Counted from the first letter of the stretch, positions 20,262 through 33,835 are shown. The stretch is DNA of 64,000 bases from Escherichia coli (GCF_003018115.1 NZ_CP027457.1); one strand, 5' to 3'. Made by a program: numbers and translations. The notes: a model not told the origin generated them from the sequence alone.

Positions 20262-22358
20262 ATGCGTAAATATCCTTTAAGTTTACTGAAGGATAAAAAT
20301 ATTGTGACTTTTTTTGATTTCTGGGGAAAAACCCGACGCGGCGAGAAAGACGGGGGCGACGACTATCACCTTCTTTGCTGGCATTCGCTGGATGTAGCCG
20401 CGATGGGCTATTTAATGGTTAAAAGAAATTGCTTCGGGCTGGCTGATTATTTTCGTCAATTAGGGATTTCTGACAAGGAACAGGCGGCTCAATTTTTCGC
20501 CTGGTTGCTGTGCTGGCACGATATTGGAAAATTTGCCCGCTCTTTTCAACAACTTTACCTGCCCCCTGAACTCAAGATTCAGGAAAGTGCCAGAAAAAAT
20601 TACGAAAAAATCTCTCATTCAACGCTGGGCTACTGGTTGTGGAATCATTATTTAAGTGAATGTCAGGAGTTACTTCCTTCATCTTCGCTCTCTCCGCGCA
20701 AACTTAGGCGAGTGATAGAAATGTGGATGCCCGTGACGACAGGGCATCATGGTCGGCCCCCTGATCGTATGGATGAATTGGATAATTTTCTGCCTGAAGA
20801 CAAAGCTGCAGCACGAGATTTTCTCCTTGAAATCAAACCACTGTTTCCGCTCATAGAGATCCCCGCATTCTGGGATGATGATGAGGGCATTGAACTTATA
20901 AAACACCTTTCCTGGTATATCTCTGCAACCGTCGTGCTCGCAGACTGGACGGGTTCGTCAACGCGATTTTTTCCACGCGTCGCACACCCAATGGATATTA
21001 AAGGTTACTGGCAGAAAACTTTAATTCAGGCTCAAAACGCCTTAACCGTCTTTCCTCTAAAAGCAAAAGTCGCGCCTTTCAACGGAATTAATACGCTGTT
21101 TCCTTTTATTGAGAATCCGACACCGTTACAGCAAAAGGTGCTGGATCTGGATATCAGCCAGCAAGGACCGCAGTTATTTATTCTGGAAGATGTGACTGGC
21201 GCAGGTAAAACAGAAGCGGCGCTTATCCTGGCGCACAGGTTGATAGCTGCGGGGAAAGCTCAGGGGCTGTTTTTTGGTCTGCCAACAATGGCAACGGCCA
21301 ATGCCATGTACGATCGGCTGGTCAAAACCTGGCTTGCTTTCTATTCGCCAGAATCCCGCCCCAGCCTGGTGCTGGCACATAGTGCCCGCACATTAATGGA
21401 CCGCTTTAATGAATCACTCTGGTCTGGTGATTTAGTCGGGTCAGAAGAACCGGATGAACAAACGTTCAGTCAGGGATGTGCGGCCTGGTTTGCCGACAGT
21501 AACAAGAAGGCGTTGCTGGCTGAAATTGGCGTCGGCACGCTGGATCAGGCGATAATGGCGGTGATGCCGTTCAAACATAATAATCTGCGGCTTCTGGGGC
21601 TGAGTAACAAAATCCTGCTGGCTGATGAGATCCACGCCTGTGACGCTTACATGTCGTGCATTCTTGAAGGGTTGATCGAGCGGCAGGCGCGTGGCGGAAA
21701 CAGCGTTATTTTGCTTTCTGCCACGTTATCTCAACAGCAGCGCGACAAACTCGTCGCTGCCTTTGCGCGGGGTACAGAGGGCCAGCAAGAAGCTCCGTTC
21801 CTGGAAAAGGATGATTACCCCTGGCTGACGCATGTCACGAAATCCGATGTGAACTCACACCGGGTAGCGACGCGCAAAGACGTTGAGCGTAGCGTCAGCG
21901 TGGGTTGGCTTCATAGTGAACAAGAGTGTATTGCGCGTATCGAATCGGCGGTAAGTCAGGGGAAATGCATCGCCTGGATCCGGAATTCTGTCGATGACGC
22001 TATTAAGGTTCATCGTCAGCTGCTTGCCCGCGGCGTCATTCCTGCTTCCAGCCTTTCACTTTTTCATAGCCGCTTTGCTTTTAGCGATCGCCAGCGAATT
22101 GAAACGGAAACGCTGGCACGCTTTGGTAAATATTGTAGTTTACAGAGAGCGTCGCAAGTCATTGTTTGTACACAAGTAATTGAGCAAAGCGTGGATATTG
22201 ACCTGGACGAAATGATCTCCGACCTGGCCCCTGTTGATTTGCTGATTCAGCGAGCAGGACGATTACAGCGGCATATCCGCGATATTAATGGTCAGTTAAA
22301 GCGTGACGTGTTCCCCGCGCCAGCGGGGATAAACCGGGTACACGGATATTCTGTCTAA
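20262..22358 (+). pseudogene. cas3: cas3 (type I-E HD nuclease / DExH helicase), 3'-truncated and fused to CRISPR repeat 1
   Basis: HD-domain motifs (CWHSLDVAA, HDIGKF), Walker A DVTGAGKTEAA, DEAH-type LADEIH; reading frame runs into the first repeat at 22308 (residues VFPAPAGINR encoded by repeat) and stops in spacer 1; about 680 aa of Cas3 sequence against about 890 expected. Confidence 0.85.
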
Positions 22359-22702
22359 AAGTTAACTAGTGTTCCCCGCGCCAGCGGGGATAAACCGACT
22401 GATAACGCCGGAGCCTTCTTTTTCAGCAAGTGTTCCCCGCGCCAGCGGGGATAAACCGAGGTTGACGTTGATTTTGTTCGTTATGTTGCCGTGTTCCCCG
22501 CGCCAGCGGGGATAAACCGACCTCGACAATGACACGGGCGCGAAAACAATCGTGTTCCCCGCGCCAGCGGGGATAAACCGTCGGTGGCTGGATTGAAAAA
22601 GAAGATAATCTGGTGTTCCCCGCGTCAGCGGGGATAAACCGGGCGCACTGGATGCGATGATGGATATCACTTAGAATTCCCCGCCCCTGCGGTAGAACTC
22701 CC
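22308..22702 (+). CRISPR. Type I-E CRISPR array, 6 intact repeats plus 1 degenerate terminal repeat, 6 spacers; no leader
   Basis: Repeat GTGTTCCCCGCGCCAGCGGGGATAAACCG at 22308, 22369, 22430, 22491, 22552, 22613 (61-bp period, 32-bp spacers); repeat 6 carries cgcgTcag; degenerate copy gaattccccgcccctgcggtagaactc at 22674-22702. Confidence 0.95.
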
Positions 22703-22722
22703 AGCTCCCATTTTCAAACCCA

Positions 22723-23760
22723 TCAAGACGCCTTCGCCAGCTCCTTCACCAGCGGTAGCATTATCCGCATAACATCACGGCAGCGACGTTCTATTCTTCC
22801 AGGAAGTGCCTTATCAATATGTTGTTGATTATCCAGTCTTACGTCATGCCAGCTATTTCCCGCCGGGAAGGCAGGTGTTTTTGCGCGTTGCTGATAACCA
22901 TCCTTATTCCCAAGATTCCAGTTAGTCGCTTCCACCGAAAGTACAGCAATGCCCGCTTTGTCGAATATTTCTGCGTCATTACAACACCCAGTGCCTTTCG
23001 GATAATTTTTATTCAAACCCGGATTGGTCGTTGCGGCTATTCCGTGACTGCGCGCAATTGCCAGCGCCCTGTCGCGCGTTAATTTCCTTACTGCTTCAGG
23101 GGTTTTTACACCGCTGTTGAAATACAATTTATCGCCAACAATTAAGTTATCGAGATTAATCACCAGCAGCGTATTTTTCTTTTCGGTGTCACTCATCCGC
23201 TTGAGTAAATTCTCAGCGCCTAATTTCCCTTCCTCTTCGCCGCTGGTCGCCACAAATCGAATACCATACTCGGTAGGCGTATTTTTCAGGCGTTCTGCCA
23301 ATTCCAGCATGACACCTAAACCTGCGGCGTTATCATCCATTCCTTGTAACGTCAGCCCGCCGAGATTGGCATCGGCGTCAGCATCGCTCAGCGGGGCGTA
23401 AGTATCCAGATGCGCCATAATGATGATCTGCTGCGGCGCTTTGCCTTCATGAGCGGCAATCACCGTACTTCCTGTCACGTTATGCCAGTTCTTGCGATTA
23501 TCGCGGGCGGTATAAATATACCGACTATTAAATGTCCGAATATCACTGCGATAACCCATTTGCTGAAACTGTTGGCGAATATAATCGGCAGATAACATTT
23601 CTGCAGGAGTTCCGGTCATGCGTCCCGGAAAGAAAGTAGCAATATGTCGTGCCTGAGTATTAGCAAAATCGCCAGGTTTAGGTGACGAGGCGTGTACGGG
23701 GAGAATAAAGCATACGCCGAGCGCCAGGGCAGCGGTACGGTGGCGCAATGCGGAAAACAT
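22723..23760 (-). CDS. iap: Alkaline phosphatase isozyme conversion aminopeptidase
   Basis: 345 aa with N-terminal signal peptide; synteny next to CRISPR and cysD. Confidence 0.88.
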   Translation of the reverse strand: MFSALRHRTAALALGVCFILPVHASSPKPGDFANTQARHIATFFPGRMTGTPAEMLSADYIRQQFQQMGYRSDIRTFNSRYIYTARDNRKNWHNVTGSTVIAAHEGKAPQQIIIMAHLDTYAPLSDADADANLGGLTLQGMDDNAAGLGVMLELAERLKNTPTEYGIRFVATSGEEEGKLGAENLLKRMSDTEKKNTLLVINLDNLIVGDKLYFNSGVKTPEAVRKLTRDRALAIARSHGIAATTNPGLNKNYPKGTGCCNDAEIFDKAGIAVLSVEATNWNLGNKDGYQQRAKTPAFPAGNSWHDVRLDNQQHIDKALPGRIERRCRDVMRIMLPLVKELAKAS

Positions 23761-24011
23761 AGTGAGTCCTTAAATACCATGCAAATTTTTTTACCGCCAT
23801 AGTATGAAACTGCCGCTGCGCTAAAACAATTTCAAATATTCCTAAACGCCCGAAATCCGGTGCCTTAAGCACTTTTTGATATTAGCTTTGCCAAATCGTT
23901 ATTCCGTTAAGGAACTACTCATTCTAATTGGTAATTTCATTCGTTCTCTTACGCTCCCTATAGTCGAAACATCTGATGGCAAGAAAATAGCGGTATTGCA
24001 AAGGAACGGTT

Positions 24012-24920
24012 ATGGATCAAATACGACTTACTCACCTGCGGCAACTGGAGGCGGAAAGCATCCACATTATTCGCGAGGTGGCGGCAGAATTCTCAAATCC
24101 GGTGATGCTCTACTCTATCGGTAAAGATTCCAGCGTCATGCTGCATCTGGCGCGCAAGGCGTTTTATCCAGGTACGCTGCCTTTCCCGTTGCTGCATGTC
24201 GATACCGGCTGGAAATTCCGCGAGATGTATGAGTTCCGCGATCGTACGGCGAAAGCCTACGGCTGCGAGCTGCTGGTGCATAAAAATCCGGAAGGCGTGG
24301 CGATGGGGATTAATCCATTCGTGCACGGCAGCGCGAAACATACCGATATTATGAAAACTGAAGGCCTGAAGCAGGCGCTGAATAAATACGGTTTTGATGC
24401 CGCCTTCGGTGGTGCGCGCCGCGACGAAGAGAAATCCCGTGCTAAAGAGCGTATCTACTCTTTCCGTGATCGCTTCCATCGCTGGGACCCGAAAAATCAG
24501 CGCCCGGAGCTGTGGCACAACTATAACGGGCAGATTAACAAAGGCGAAAGCATCCGCGTTTTCCCGCTCTCTAACTGGACCGAGCAGGATATCTGGCAAT
24601 ACATCTGGCTGGAAAATATCGACATTGTGCCGTTGTATCTCGCTGCGGAACGTCCGGTTCTGGAACGCGACGGTATGTTGATGATGATTGATGACAACCG
24701 TATCGACCTGCAACCGGGCGAAGTGATTAAAAAACGGATGGTGCGTTTCCGTACGCTGGGCTGCTGGCCGCTGACCGGTGCGGTGGAGTCAAATGCACAA
24801 ACACTGCCGGAGATCATCGAAGAGATGCTGGTTTCTACCACCAGTGAACGTCAGGGCCGCGTGATTGACCGCGACCAGGCGGGGTCTATGGAGCTGAAAA
24901 AACGTCAGGGGTATTTTTAA
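24012..24920 (+). CDS. cysD: Sulfate adenylyltransferase subunit 2
   Basis: 302 aa; PAPS-reductase-like fold; cysD-cysN-cysC order. Confidence 0.95.
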   Translation: MDQIRLTHLRQLEAESIHIIREVAAEFSNPVMLYSIGKDSSVMLHLARKAFYPGTLPFPLLHVDTGWKFREMYEFRDRTAKAYGCELLVHKNPEGVAMGINPFVHGSAKHTDIMKTEGLKQALNKYGFDAAFGGARRDEEKSRAKERIYSFRDRFHRWDPKNQRPELWHNYNGQINKGESIRVFPLSNWTEQDIWQYIWLENIDIVPLYLAAERPVLERDGMLMMIDDNRIDLQPGEVIKKRMVRFRTLGCWPLTGAVESNAQTLPEIIEEMLVSTTSERQGRVIDRDQAGSMELKKRQGYF

Positions 24921-24921
24921 G

Positions 24922-26349
24922 ATGAACACCGCACTTGCACAACAAATCGCCAATGAAGGCGGCGTCGAAGCCTGGATGATTGCGCAACAACATAAAAGCC
25001 TGCTGCGTTTTCTGACCTGTGGTAGCGTCGATGACGGCAAAAGTACCCTGATTGGTCGCCTGCTGCACGATACCCGCCAAATCTACGAAGATCAGCTCTC
25101 ATCGCTGCATAACGACAGTAAGCGTCACGGCACCCAGGGCGAAAAACTGGATCTGGCTCTGCTGGTGGACGGCCTGCAAGCTGAGCGCGAACAGGGCATC
25201 ACTATTGATGTGGCCTACCGCTATTTCTCTACCGAGAAGCGTAAATTTATTATCGCCGACACCCCCGGGCACGAGCAGTATACCCGCAATATGGCGACCG
25301 GCGCCTCAACGTGTGAGCTGGCGATCTTACTGATCGATGCCCGTAAAGGCGTGCTCGATCAAACCCGTCGTCACAGTTTTATCTCCACGCTGCTGGGGAT
25401 CAAACATCTGGTCGTAGCGATCAACAAAATGGATCTGGTGGATTACAGTGAAGAGACGTTCACACGTATTCGTGAAGATTATCTGACTTTTGCCGGGCAA
25501 CTGCCGGGGAATCTGGATATCCGCTTTGTGCCGCTCTCCGCACTGGAAGGTGACAACGTGGCTTCACAAAGTGAAAGTATGCCGTGGTACAGCGGTCCTA
25601 CACTGCTCGAAGTGCTGGAAACCGTGGAGATCCAGCGAGTGGTGGATGCTCAGCCAATGCGCTTCCCGGTGCAGTACGTTAACCGCCCGAATCTCGATTT
25701 TCGTGGCTACGCCGGAACGCTGGCATCCGGTCGCGTGGAAGTCGGGCAACGTGTCAAAGTGCTGCCCTCTGGTGTGGAATCAAACGTCGCGCGGATCGTG
25801 ACTTTTGATGGTGATCGCGAAGAAGCCTTTGCCGGAGAAGCGATCACCCTGGTGCTGACGGATGAGATCGACATCAGCCGTGGCGATCTGCTGCTGGCGG
25901 CAGACGAAGCGTTACCGGCGGTGCAGAGCGCGTCGGTGGATGTGGTATGGATGGCGGAACAGCCGCTTTCTCCAGGGCAGAGTTACGACATCAAAATTGC
26001 CGGTAAGAAGACGCGCGCGCGTGTTGATGGCATTCGCTATCAGGTTGATATTAATAACCTTACCCAGCGTGAAGTTGAAAACCTGCCACTGAATGGGATC
26101 GGCCTCGTGGATCTCACTTTTGACGAGCCGCTGGTGTTAGATCGTTATCAACAAAATCCGGTGACGGGTGGGCTGATTTTTATCGATCGCCTGAGCAATG
26201 TGACCGTGGGTGCCGGTATGGTGCACGAGCCAGTTAGCCAGGCAACTGCTGCGCCATCTGAATTCAGTGCATTCGAACTGGAATTGAATGCTCTGGTTCG
26301 TCGCCACTTTCCGCACTGGGGCGCGCGCGATTTGCTGGGGGATAAATAA
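24922..26349 (+). CDS. cysN: Sulfate adenylyltransferase subunit 1 (GTPase)
   Basis: 475 aa; GTP-binding motifs [18 protein letters not shown]. Confidence 0.95.
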
Positions 26350-26954
26350 TGGCGCTGCATGACGAAAACGTCGTCTGGCATAGCCATCCGGTCACTGTGC
26401 AACAACGCGAGCTACACCACGGTCATCGTGGTGTAGTGCTGTGGTTTACCGGCCTCTCCGGGTCCGGTAAATCAACGGTCGCCGGGGCGCTGGAGGAGGC
26501 GTTACATAAACTCGGCGTCAGTACGTATCTGCTGGATGGCGATAATGTTCGCCACGGATTATGCAGCGATCTCGGTTTTAGCGATGCCGATCGTAAAGAG
26601 AATATCCGTCGCGTCGGTGAAGTGGCGAATTTGATGGTTGAAGCCGGACTGGTAGTGCTGACCGCATTTATCTCGCCACACCGCGCCGAACGCCAGATGG
26701 TTCGCGAACGCGTAGGAGAAGGGCGCTTTATCGAAGTGTTTGTCGATACGCCGCTGGCGATTTGCGAAGCCCGCGATCCAAAAGGCTTATATAAGAAAGC
26801 GCGTGCCGGTGAACTGCGCAACTTTACGGGAATAGATTCTGTTTACGAAGCGCCTGAATCGGCAGAAATTCATCTCAATGGTGAACAATTAGTAACAAAT
26901 TTGGTACAGCAATTATTAGATCTGTTGAGACAGAACGATATTATCAGATCCTGA
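26349..26954 (+). CDS. cysC: Adenylyl-sulfate (APS) kinase
   Basis: 201 aa; P-loop GLSGSGKST. Confidence 0.95.
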
Positions 26955-27003
26955 GACACCACCGGGTTTCCATGCCCGGTTCGTCAAAGTAACAGGATCA
27001 AAT

Positions 27004-27327
27004 ATGCGTAATAGCCATAACATTACACTAACAAATAACGACAGCCTTACTGAGGATGAAGAAACCACATGGTCACTGCCTGGTGCCGTGGTCGGTTTTA
27101 TCTCCTGGTTATTTGCGCTGGCGATGCCGATGTTGATTTATGGCTCTAACACGCTGTTCTTCTTTATCTACACCTGGCCTTTCTTTCTGGCGCTGATGCC
27201 CGTCGCGGTAGTGGTGGGGATTGCGCTGCATTCATTGATGGACGGAAAGCTACGCTACAGTATTGTTTTCACCCTGATGACAGTAGGCATTATGTTTGGC
27301 GCACTGTTTATGTGGCTACTGGGCTAA
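27004..27327 (+). CDS. ygbE: Inner membrane protein YgbE (DUF3561)
   Basis: 107 aa with hydrophobic segments; synteny cysC-ygbE-ftsB. Confidence 0.8.
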   Translation: MRNSHNITLTNNDSLTEDEETTWSLPGAVVGFISWLFALAMPMLIYGSNTLFFFIYTWPFFLALMPVAVVVGIALHSLMDGKLRYSIVFTLMTVGIMFGALFMWLLG

Positions 27328-27520
27328 TTTGTACTTTCTTGTCTCCTCTGTTCATAATTCAAACCGTAACTAATAATGAGATTATGTTCTGCACGCCCTG
27401 GGTATACGTAACAATGGACAAATGTGGTACATTTGCCCGCGTTGTCGCGGTATCCCCAACAGAGGATGTAGAGTCGTCTTCGGATGCATGGGATGATGAT
27501 GCCGTTTTTCAGGGGGCAGG

Positions 27521-27832
27521 ATGGGTAAACTAACGCTGCTGTTGCTGGCTATTCTGGTCTGGCTACAGTATTCGCTGTGGTTCGGTAAGAACGGTATACA
27601 TGACTATACCCGCGTCAATGATGATGTGGCGGCACAGCAAGCTACAAACGCGAAACTTAAAGCGCGAAACGATCAACTTTTTGCCGAAATTGACGATCTC
27701 AATGGCGGCCAGGAGGCGCTCGAAGAGCGTGCGCGTAATGAACTCAGCATGACCAGGCCGGGCGAAACTTTTTATCGTCTGGTGCCTGACGCGTCGAAGC
27801 GCGCACAGTCTGCGGGGCAAAACAATCGATAA
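27521..27832 (+). CDS. ftsB: Cell division protein FtsB
   Basis: 103 aa; N-terminal TM plus coiled coil ([29 protein letters not shown]). Confidence 0.92.
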
Positions 27833-27850
27833 ATCAGCCCGGGAATTAAC

Positions 27851-28561
27851 ATGGCAACCACTCATTTGGATGTTTGCGCCGTGGTTCCGGCGGCCGGATT
27901 TGGCCGTCGAATGCAAACGGAATGTCCTAAGCAATATCTCTCAATCGGTAATCAAACCATTCTTGAACACTCGGTGCATGCGCTGCTGGCGCATCCCCGG
28001 GTGAAACGTGTCGTCATTGCCATAAGTCCTGGCGATAGCCGTTTTGCACAACTTCCTCTGGCGAATCATCCGCAAATCACCGTTGTAGATGGCGGTGATG
28101 AGCGTGCCGATTCCGTGCTGGCAGGTTTGAAAGCCGCTGGCGACGCGCAGTGGGTATTGGTGCATGACGCCGCTCGTCCTTGTCTGCATCAGGATGACCT
28201 CGCGCGATTGTTGGCGTTGAGCGAAACCAGCCGCACGGGAGGGATCCTAGCCGCACCAGTGCGCGATACTATGAAACGTGCCGAACCGGGCAAAAATGCC
28301 ATTGCTCATACCGTTGATCGCAACGGCTTATGGCACGCGCTGACGCCGCAATTTTTCCCTCGTGAGCTGTTACATGACTGTCTGACGCGCGCTCTAAATG
28401 AAGGCGCGACTATTACCGACGAAGCCTCGGCGCTGGAATATTGCGGATTTCATCCGCAGTTGGTCGAAGGCCGCGCGGATAACATTAAAGTCACGCGCCC
28501 GGAAGATTTGGCACTGGCCGAGTTTTACCTCACCCGAACCATCCATCAGGAGAATACATAA
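27851..28561 (+). CDS. ispD: 2-C-methyl-D-erythritol 4-phosphate cytidylyltransferase
   Basis: 236 aa; ispD-ispF order. Confidence 0.93.
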
Positions 28562-29040
28562 TGCGAATTGGACACGGTTTTGACGTACACGCCTTTGGCG
28601 GTGAAGGCCCAATTATCATTGGTGGCGTACGCATTCCTTACGAAAAAGGATTGCTGGCGCATTCTGATGGCGACGTGGCGCTCCATGCGTTGACCGATGC
28701 ATTGCTTGGCGCGGCGGCGCTGGGGGATATCGGCAAACTGTTCCCGGATACCGATCCGGCATTTAAAGGTGCCGACAGCCGCGAGCTGCTACGCGAAGCC
28801 TGGCGTCGTATTCAGGCGAAGGGTTATACCCTTGGCAACGTCGATGTCACTATCATCGCTCAGGCACCGAAGATGTTGCCGCACATTCCACAAATGCGCG
28901 TGTTTATTGCCGAAGATCTCGGCTGTCATATGGATGATGTTAACGTGAAAGCCACTACTACGGAAAAACTTGGATTTACCGGACGTGGGGAAGGGATTGC
29001 CTGTGAAGCGGTGGCGCTACTCATTAAGGCAACAAAATGA
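28561..29040 (+). CDS. ispF: 2-C-methyl-D-erythritol 2,4-cyclodiphosphate synthase
   Basis: 159 aa; [13 protein letters not shown]... Confidence 0.95.
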
Positions 29041-30066
29041 TTGAGTTTGATAATCTCACTTACCTCCACGGTAAACCGCAAGGCACCGGGCTGCTGAAAG
29101 CCAATCCGGAAGACTTTGTGGTGGTGGAAGATTTGGGCTTTGAGCCTGATGGTGAAGGTGAGCATATTCTGGTTAGAATCCTCAAAAACGGCTGCAATAC
29201 CCGTTTTGTGGCGGATGCACTGGCGAAATTCCTGAAAATTCATTCCCGTGAAGTCAGCTTCGCTGGGCAAAAAGACAAACATGCTGTAACGGAACAGTGG
29301 TTATGCGCTCGCGTGCCGGGCAAAGAGATGCCCGATCTGAGCGCCTTTCAACTGGAAGGCTGCCAGGTGCTGGAGTATGCGCGGCACAAGCGCAAGCTGC
29401 GTTTAGGGGCGCTGAAAGGTAACGCCTTTACCCTGGTACTACGCGAAGTGAGCAATCGCGATGACGTTGAACAACGTCTGATCGATATTTGCGTAAAAGG
29501 TGTACCGAACTACTTCGGTGCCCAACGTTTTGGGATTGGCGGTAGCAACTTGCAGGGCGCGCTGCGCTGGGCGCAAACCAATACTCCGGTGCGCGATCGC
29601 AATAAACGGAGTTTTTGGTTGTCGGCAGCCCGCAGTGCGTTGTTTAATCAGATTGTTGCTGAGCGCCTCAAAAAAGCAGACGTTAATCAAGTTGTTGACG
29701 GCGATGCGCTACAATTAGCCGGACGTGGTAGCTGGTTTGTAGCAACCACCGAAGAACTGGCGGAATTACAGCGTCGCGTCAACGATAAAGAGCTGATGAT
29801 AACCGCCGCATTGCCGGGCAGTGGCGAATGGGGAACTCAGCGTGAAGCGCTGGCATTCGAACAAGCAGCTGTCGCCGCAGAAACTGAATTACAAGCTTTA
29901 CTGGTGCGCGAAAAAGTTGAAGCCGCGCGCAGAGCGATGCTGCTGTATCCGCAACAATTAAGCTGGAATTGGTGGGATGACGTCACCGTAGAGATCCGTT
30001 TCTGGCTTCCGGCGGGTAGTTTTGCAACCAGCGTTGTCAGGGAACTTATCAACACAACAGGTGATT

Positions 30067-30086
<20 letters not shown>
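29037..30086 (+). CDS. truD: tRNA pseudouridine(13) synthase
   Basis: 349 aa; synteny. Confidence 0.92.
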
Positions 30087-31448
<1,362 letters not shown>

Positions 31449-31587
31449 AACGTGAGGAAATACCTGGATTTTTCCTGGTTATTTTGCCGCAGGTCAGCGT
31501 ATCGTGAACATCTTTTCCAGTGTTCAGTATGGTGCCTTGCACGGTAATTATGTCACTGGTTATTAACCAATTTTTCCTGGGGGATAA

Positions 31588-32727
31588 ATGAGCGCGGGAA
31601 GCCCAAAATTCACCGTTCGCCGCATTGCGGCTTTGTCACTGGTTTCGCTATGGCTGGCAGGCTGTTCTGACACTTCAAATCCACCGGCACCGGTCAGCTC
31701 CGTTAATGGCAATGCGCCTGCAAATACCAATTCTGGTATGTTGATTACGCCGCCGCCGAAAATGGGGACGACGTCTACAGCGCAGCAACCGCAAATTCAG
31801 CCGGTACAGCAGCCACAAATTCAGGCTACTCAACAACCGCAAATCCAGCCAGTGCAGCCAGTAGCTCAGCAGCCGGTACAGATGGAAAACGGACGAATCG
31901 TCTACAACCGTCAGTATGGGAACATTCCGAAAGGCAGTTATAGCGGCAGTACATACACCGTGAAAAAAGGCGACACACTTTTCTATATCGCCTGGATTAC
32001 TGGCAACGATTTCCGTGACCTTGCTCAGCGCAACAATATTCAGGCACCATACGCGCTGAACGTTGGTCAGACCTTACAGGTGGGGAATGCTTCCGGTACG
32101 CCAATCACTGGCGGAAATGCCATTACCCAGGCCGACGCAGCAGAGCAAGGAGTTGTGATCAAGCCTGCACAAAATTCCACCGTTGCTGTTGCGTCGCAAC
32201 CGACAATTACGTATTCTGAGTCTTCGGGTGAACAGAGTGCTAACAAAATGTTGCCGAACAACAAGCCAACTGCGACCACGGTCACAGCGCCTGTAACGGT
32301 ACCAACAGCAAGCACAACCGAGCCGACTGTCAGCAGTACATCAACCAGTACGCCTATCTCCACCTGGCGCTGGCCGACTGAGGGCAAAGTGATCGAAACC
32401 TTTGGCGCTTCTGAGGGGGGCAACAAGGGGATTGATATCGCAGGCAGCAAAGGACAGGCAATTATCGCGACCGCAGATGGCCGCGTTGTTTATGCCGGTA
32501 ACGCGCTGCGCGGCTACGGTAATCTGATTATCATCAAACATAATGATGATTACCTGAGTGCCTACGCCCATAACGACACAATGCTGGTCCGGGAACAACA
32601 AGAAGTGAAGGCGGGGCAAAAAATAGCAACCATGGGTAGCACCGGAACCAGTTCAACACGCTTGCATTTTGAAATTCGTTACAAGGGGAAATCCGTAAAC
32701 CCGCTGCGTTATTTGCCGCAGCGATAA
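31588..32727 (+). CDS. nlpD: Murein hydrolase activator lipoprotein NlpD (LysM plus M23 peptidase-like)
   Basis: 379 aa; lipobox LAGCSD; Gln/Pro-rich repeats; LysM and M23 regions. Confidence 0.93.
   Translation: MSAGSPKFTVRRIAALSLVSLWLAGCSDTSNPPAPVSSVNGNAPANTNSGMLITPPPKMGTTSTAQQPQIQPVQQPQIQATQQPQIQPVQPVAQQPVQMENGRIVYNRQYGNIPKGSYSGSTYTVKKGDTLFYIAWITGNDFRDLAQRNNIQAPYALNVGQTLQVGNASGTPITGGNAITQADAAEQGVVIKPAQNSTVAVASQPTITYSESSGEQSANKMLPNNKPTATTVTAPVTVPTASTTEPTVSSTSTSTPISTWRWPTEGKVIETFGASEGGNKGIDIAGSKGQAIIATADGRVVYAGNALRGYGNLIIIKHNDDYLSAYAHNDTMLVREQQEVKAGQKIATMGSTGTSSTRLHFEIRYKGKSVNPLRYLPQR
31784..31855 (+). repeat. Three tandem 24-bp repeats inside nlpD (QQPQIQ units)
   Basis: cagcaaccgcaaattcagccggta / cagcagccacaaattcaggctact / caacaaccgcaaatccagccagtg. 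Confidence 0.7.
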
Positions 32728-32789
32728 ATCGGCGGAACCAGGCTTTTGCTTGAATGTTCCGTCAAGGGATCACGGGTAGGAGCCACCTT

Positions 32790-33782
32790 ATGAGTCAGAA
32801 TACGCTGAAAGTTCATGATTTAAATGAAGATGCGGAATTTGATGAGAACGGAGTTGAGGTTTTTGACGAAAAGGCCTTAGTAGAAGAGGAACCCAGTGAT
32901 AACGATTTGGCCGAAGAGGAACTGTTATCGCAGGGAGCCACACAGCGTGTGTTGGACGCGACTCAGCTTTACCTTGGTGAGATTGGTTATTCACCACTGT
33001 TAACGGCCGAAGAAGAAGTTTATTTTGCGCGTCGCGCACTGCGTGGAGATGTCGCCTCTCGCCGCCGGATGATCGAGAGTAACTTGCGTCTGGTGGTAAA
33101 AATTGCCCGCCGTTATGGCAATCGTGGTCTGGCGTTGCTGGACCTTATCGAAGAGGGCAACCTGGGGCTGATCCGCGCGGTAGAGAAGTTTGACCCGGAA
33201 CGTGGTTTCCGCTTCTCAACATACGCAACCTGGTGGATTCGCCAGACGATTGAACGGGCGATTATGAACCAAACCCGTACTATTCGTTTGCCGATTCACA
33301 TCGTAAAGGAGCTGAACGTTTACCTGCGAACCGCACGTGAGTTGTCCCATAAGCTGGACCATGAACCAAGTGCGGAAGAGATCGCAGAGCAACTGGATAA
33401 GCCAGTTGATGACGTCAGCCGTATGCTTCGTCTTAACGAGCGCATTACCTCGGTAGACACCCCGCTGGGTGGTGATTCCGAAAAAGCGTTGCTGGACATC
33501 CTGGCCGATGAAAAAGAGAACGGTCCGGAAGATACCACGCAAGATGACGATATGAAGCAGAGCATCGTCAAATGGCTGTTCGAGCTGAACGCCAAACAGC
33601 GTGAAGTACTGGCACGTCGATTCGGTTTGCTGGGGTACGAAGCGGCAACACTGGAAGATGTAGGTCGTGAAATTGGCCTCACCCGTGAACGTGTTCGCCA
33701 GATTCAGGTTGAAGGCCTGCGCCGTTTGCGCGAAATCCTGCAAACGCAGGGGCTGAATATCGAAGCGCTGTTCCGCGAATAA
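32790..33782 (+). CDS. rpoS: RNA polymerase sigma factor sigma-S (sigma-38)
   Basis: 330 aa from ATG 32790 ([21 protein letters not shown]...); sigma-70 family regions 2-4. Confidence 0.97.
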   Translation: MSQNTLKVHDLNEDAEFDENGVEVFDEKALVEEEPSDNDLAEEELLSQGATQRVLDATQLYLGEIGYSPLLTAEEEVYFARRALRGDVASRRRMIESNLRLVVKIARRYGNRGLALLDLIEEGNLGLIRAVEKFDPERGFRFSTYATWWIRQTIERAIMNQTRTIRLPIHIVKELNVYLRTARELSHKLDHEPSAEEIAEQLDKPVDDVSRMLRLNERITSVDTPLGGDSEKALLDILADEKENGPEDTTQDDDMKQSIVKWLFELNAKQREVLARRFGLLGYEAATLEDVGREIGLTRERVRQIQVEGLRRLREILQTQGLNIEALFRE

Positions 33783-33797
33783 GTAAGCATCTGTCAG

Positions 33798-33835
33798 AAA
33801 GGCCAGTCTCAAGCGAGGCTGGCCTTTTTCTTTTG
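33798..33835 (+). terminator. rpoS intrinsic terminator
   Basis: aaaggccag-tctcaagcgagg-ctggccttt followed by TTTTTCTTTT. Confidence 0.7.

Noticed and set aside
22362-22670. 102-aa ORF on the minus strand
   Set aside because: Lies inside the second CRISPR array; same repeat-translation artefact
20262-22702. IS element or transposon as the cause of the cas deletion
   Set aside because: No transposase-like ORF, terminal inverted repeats or target-site duplication at the cas3/repeat junction; the junction is a direct fusion
27312-27533. 73-aa ORF between ygbE and ftsB
   Set aside because: Overlaps the ygbE stop and the ftsB start region with no SD; most likely intergenic promoter sequence
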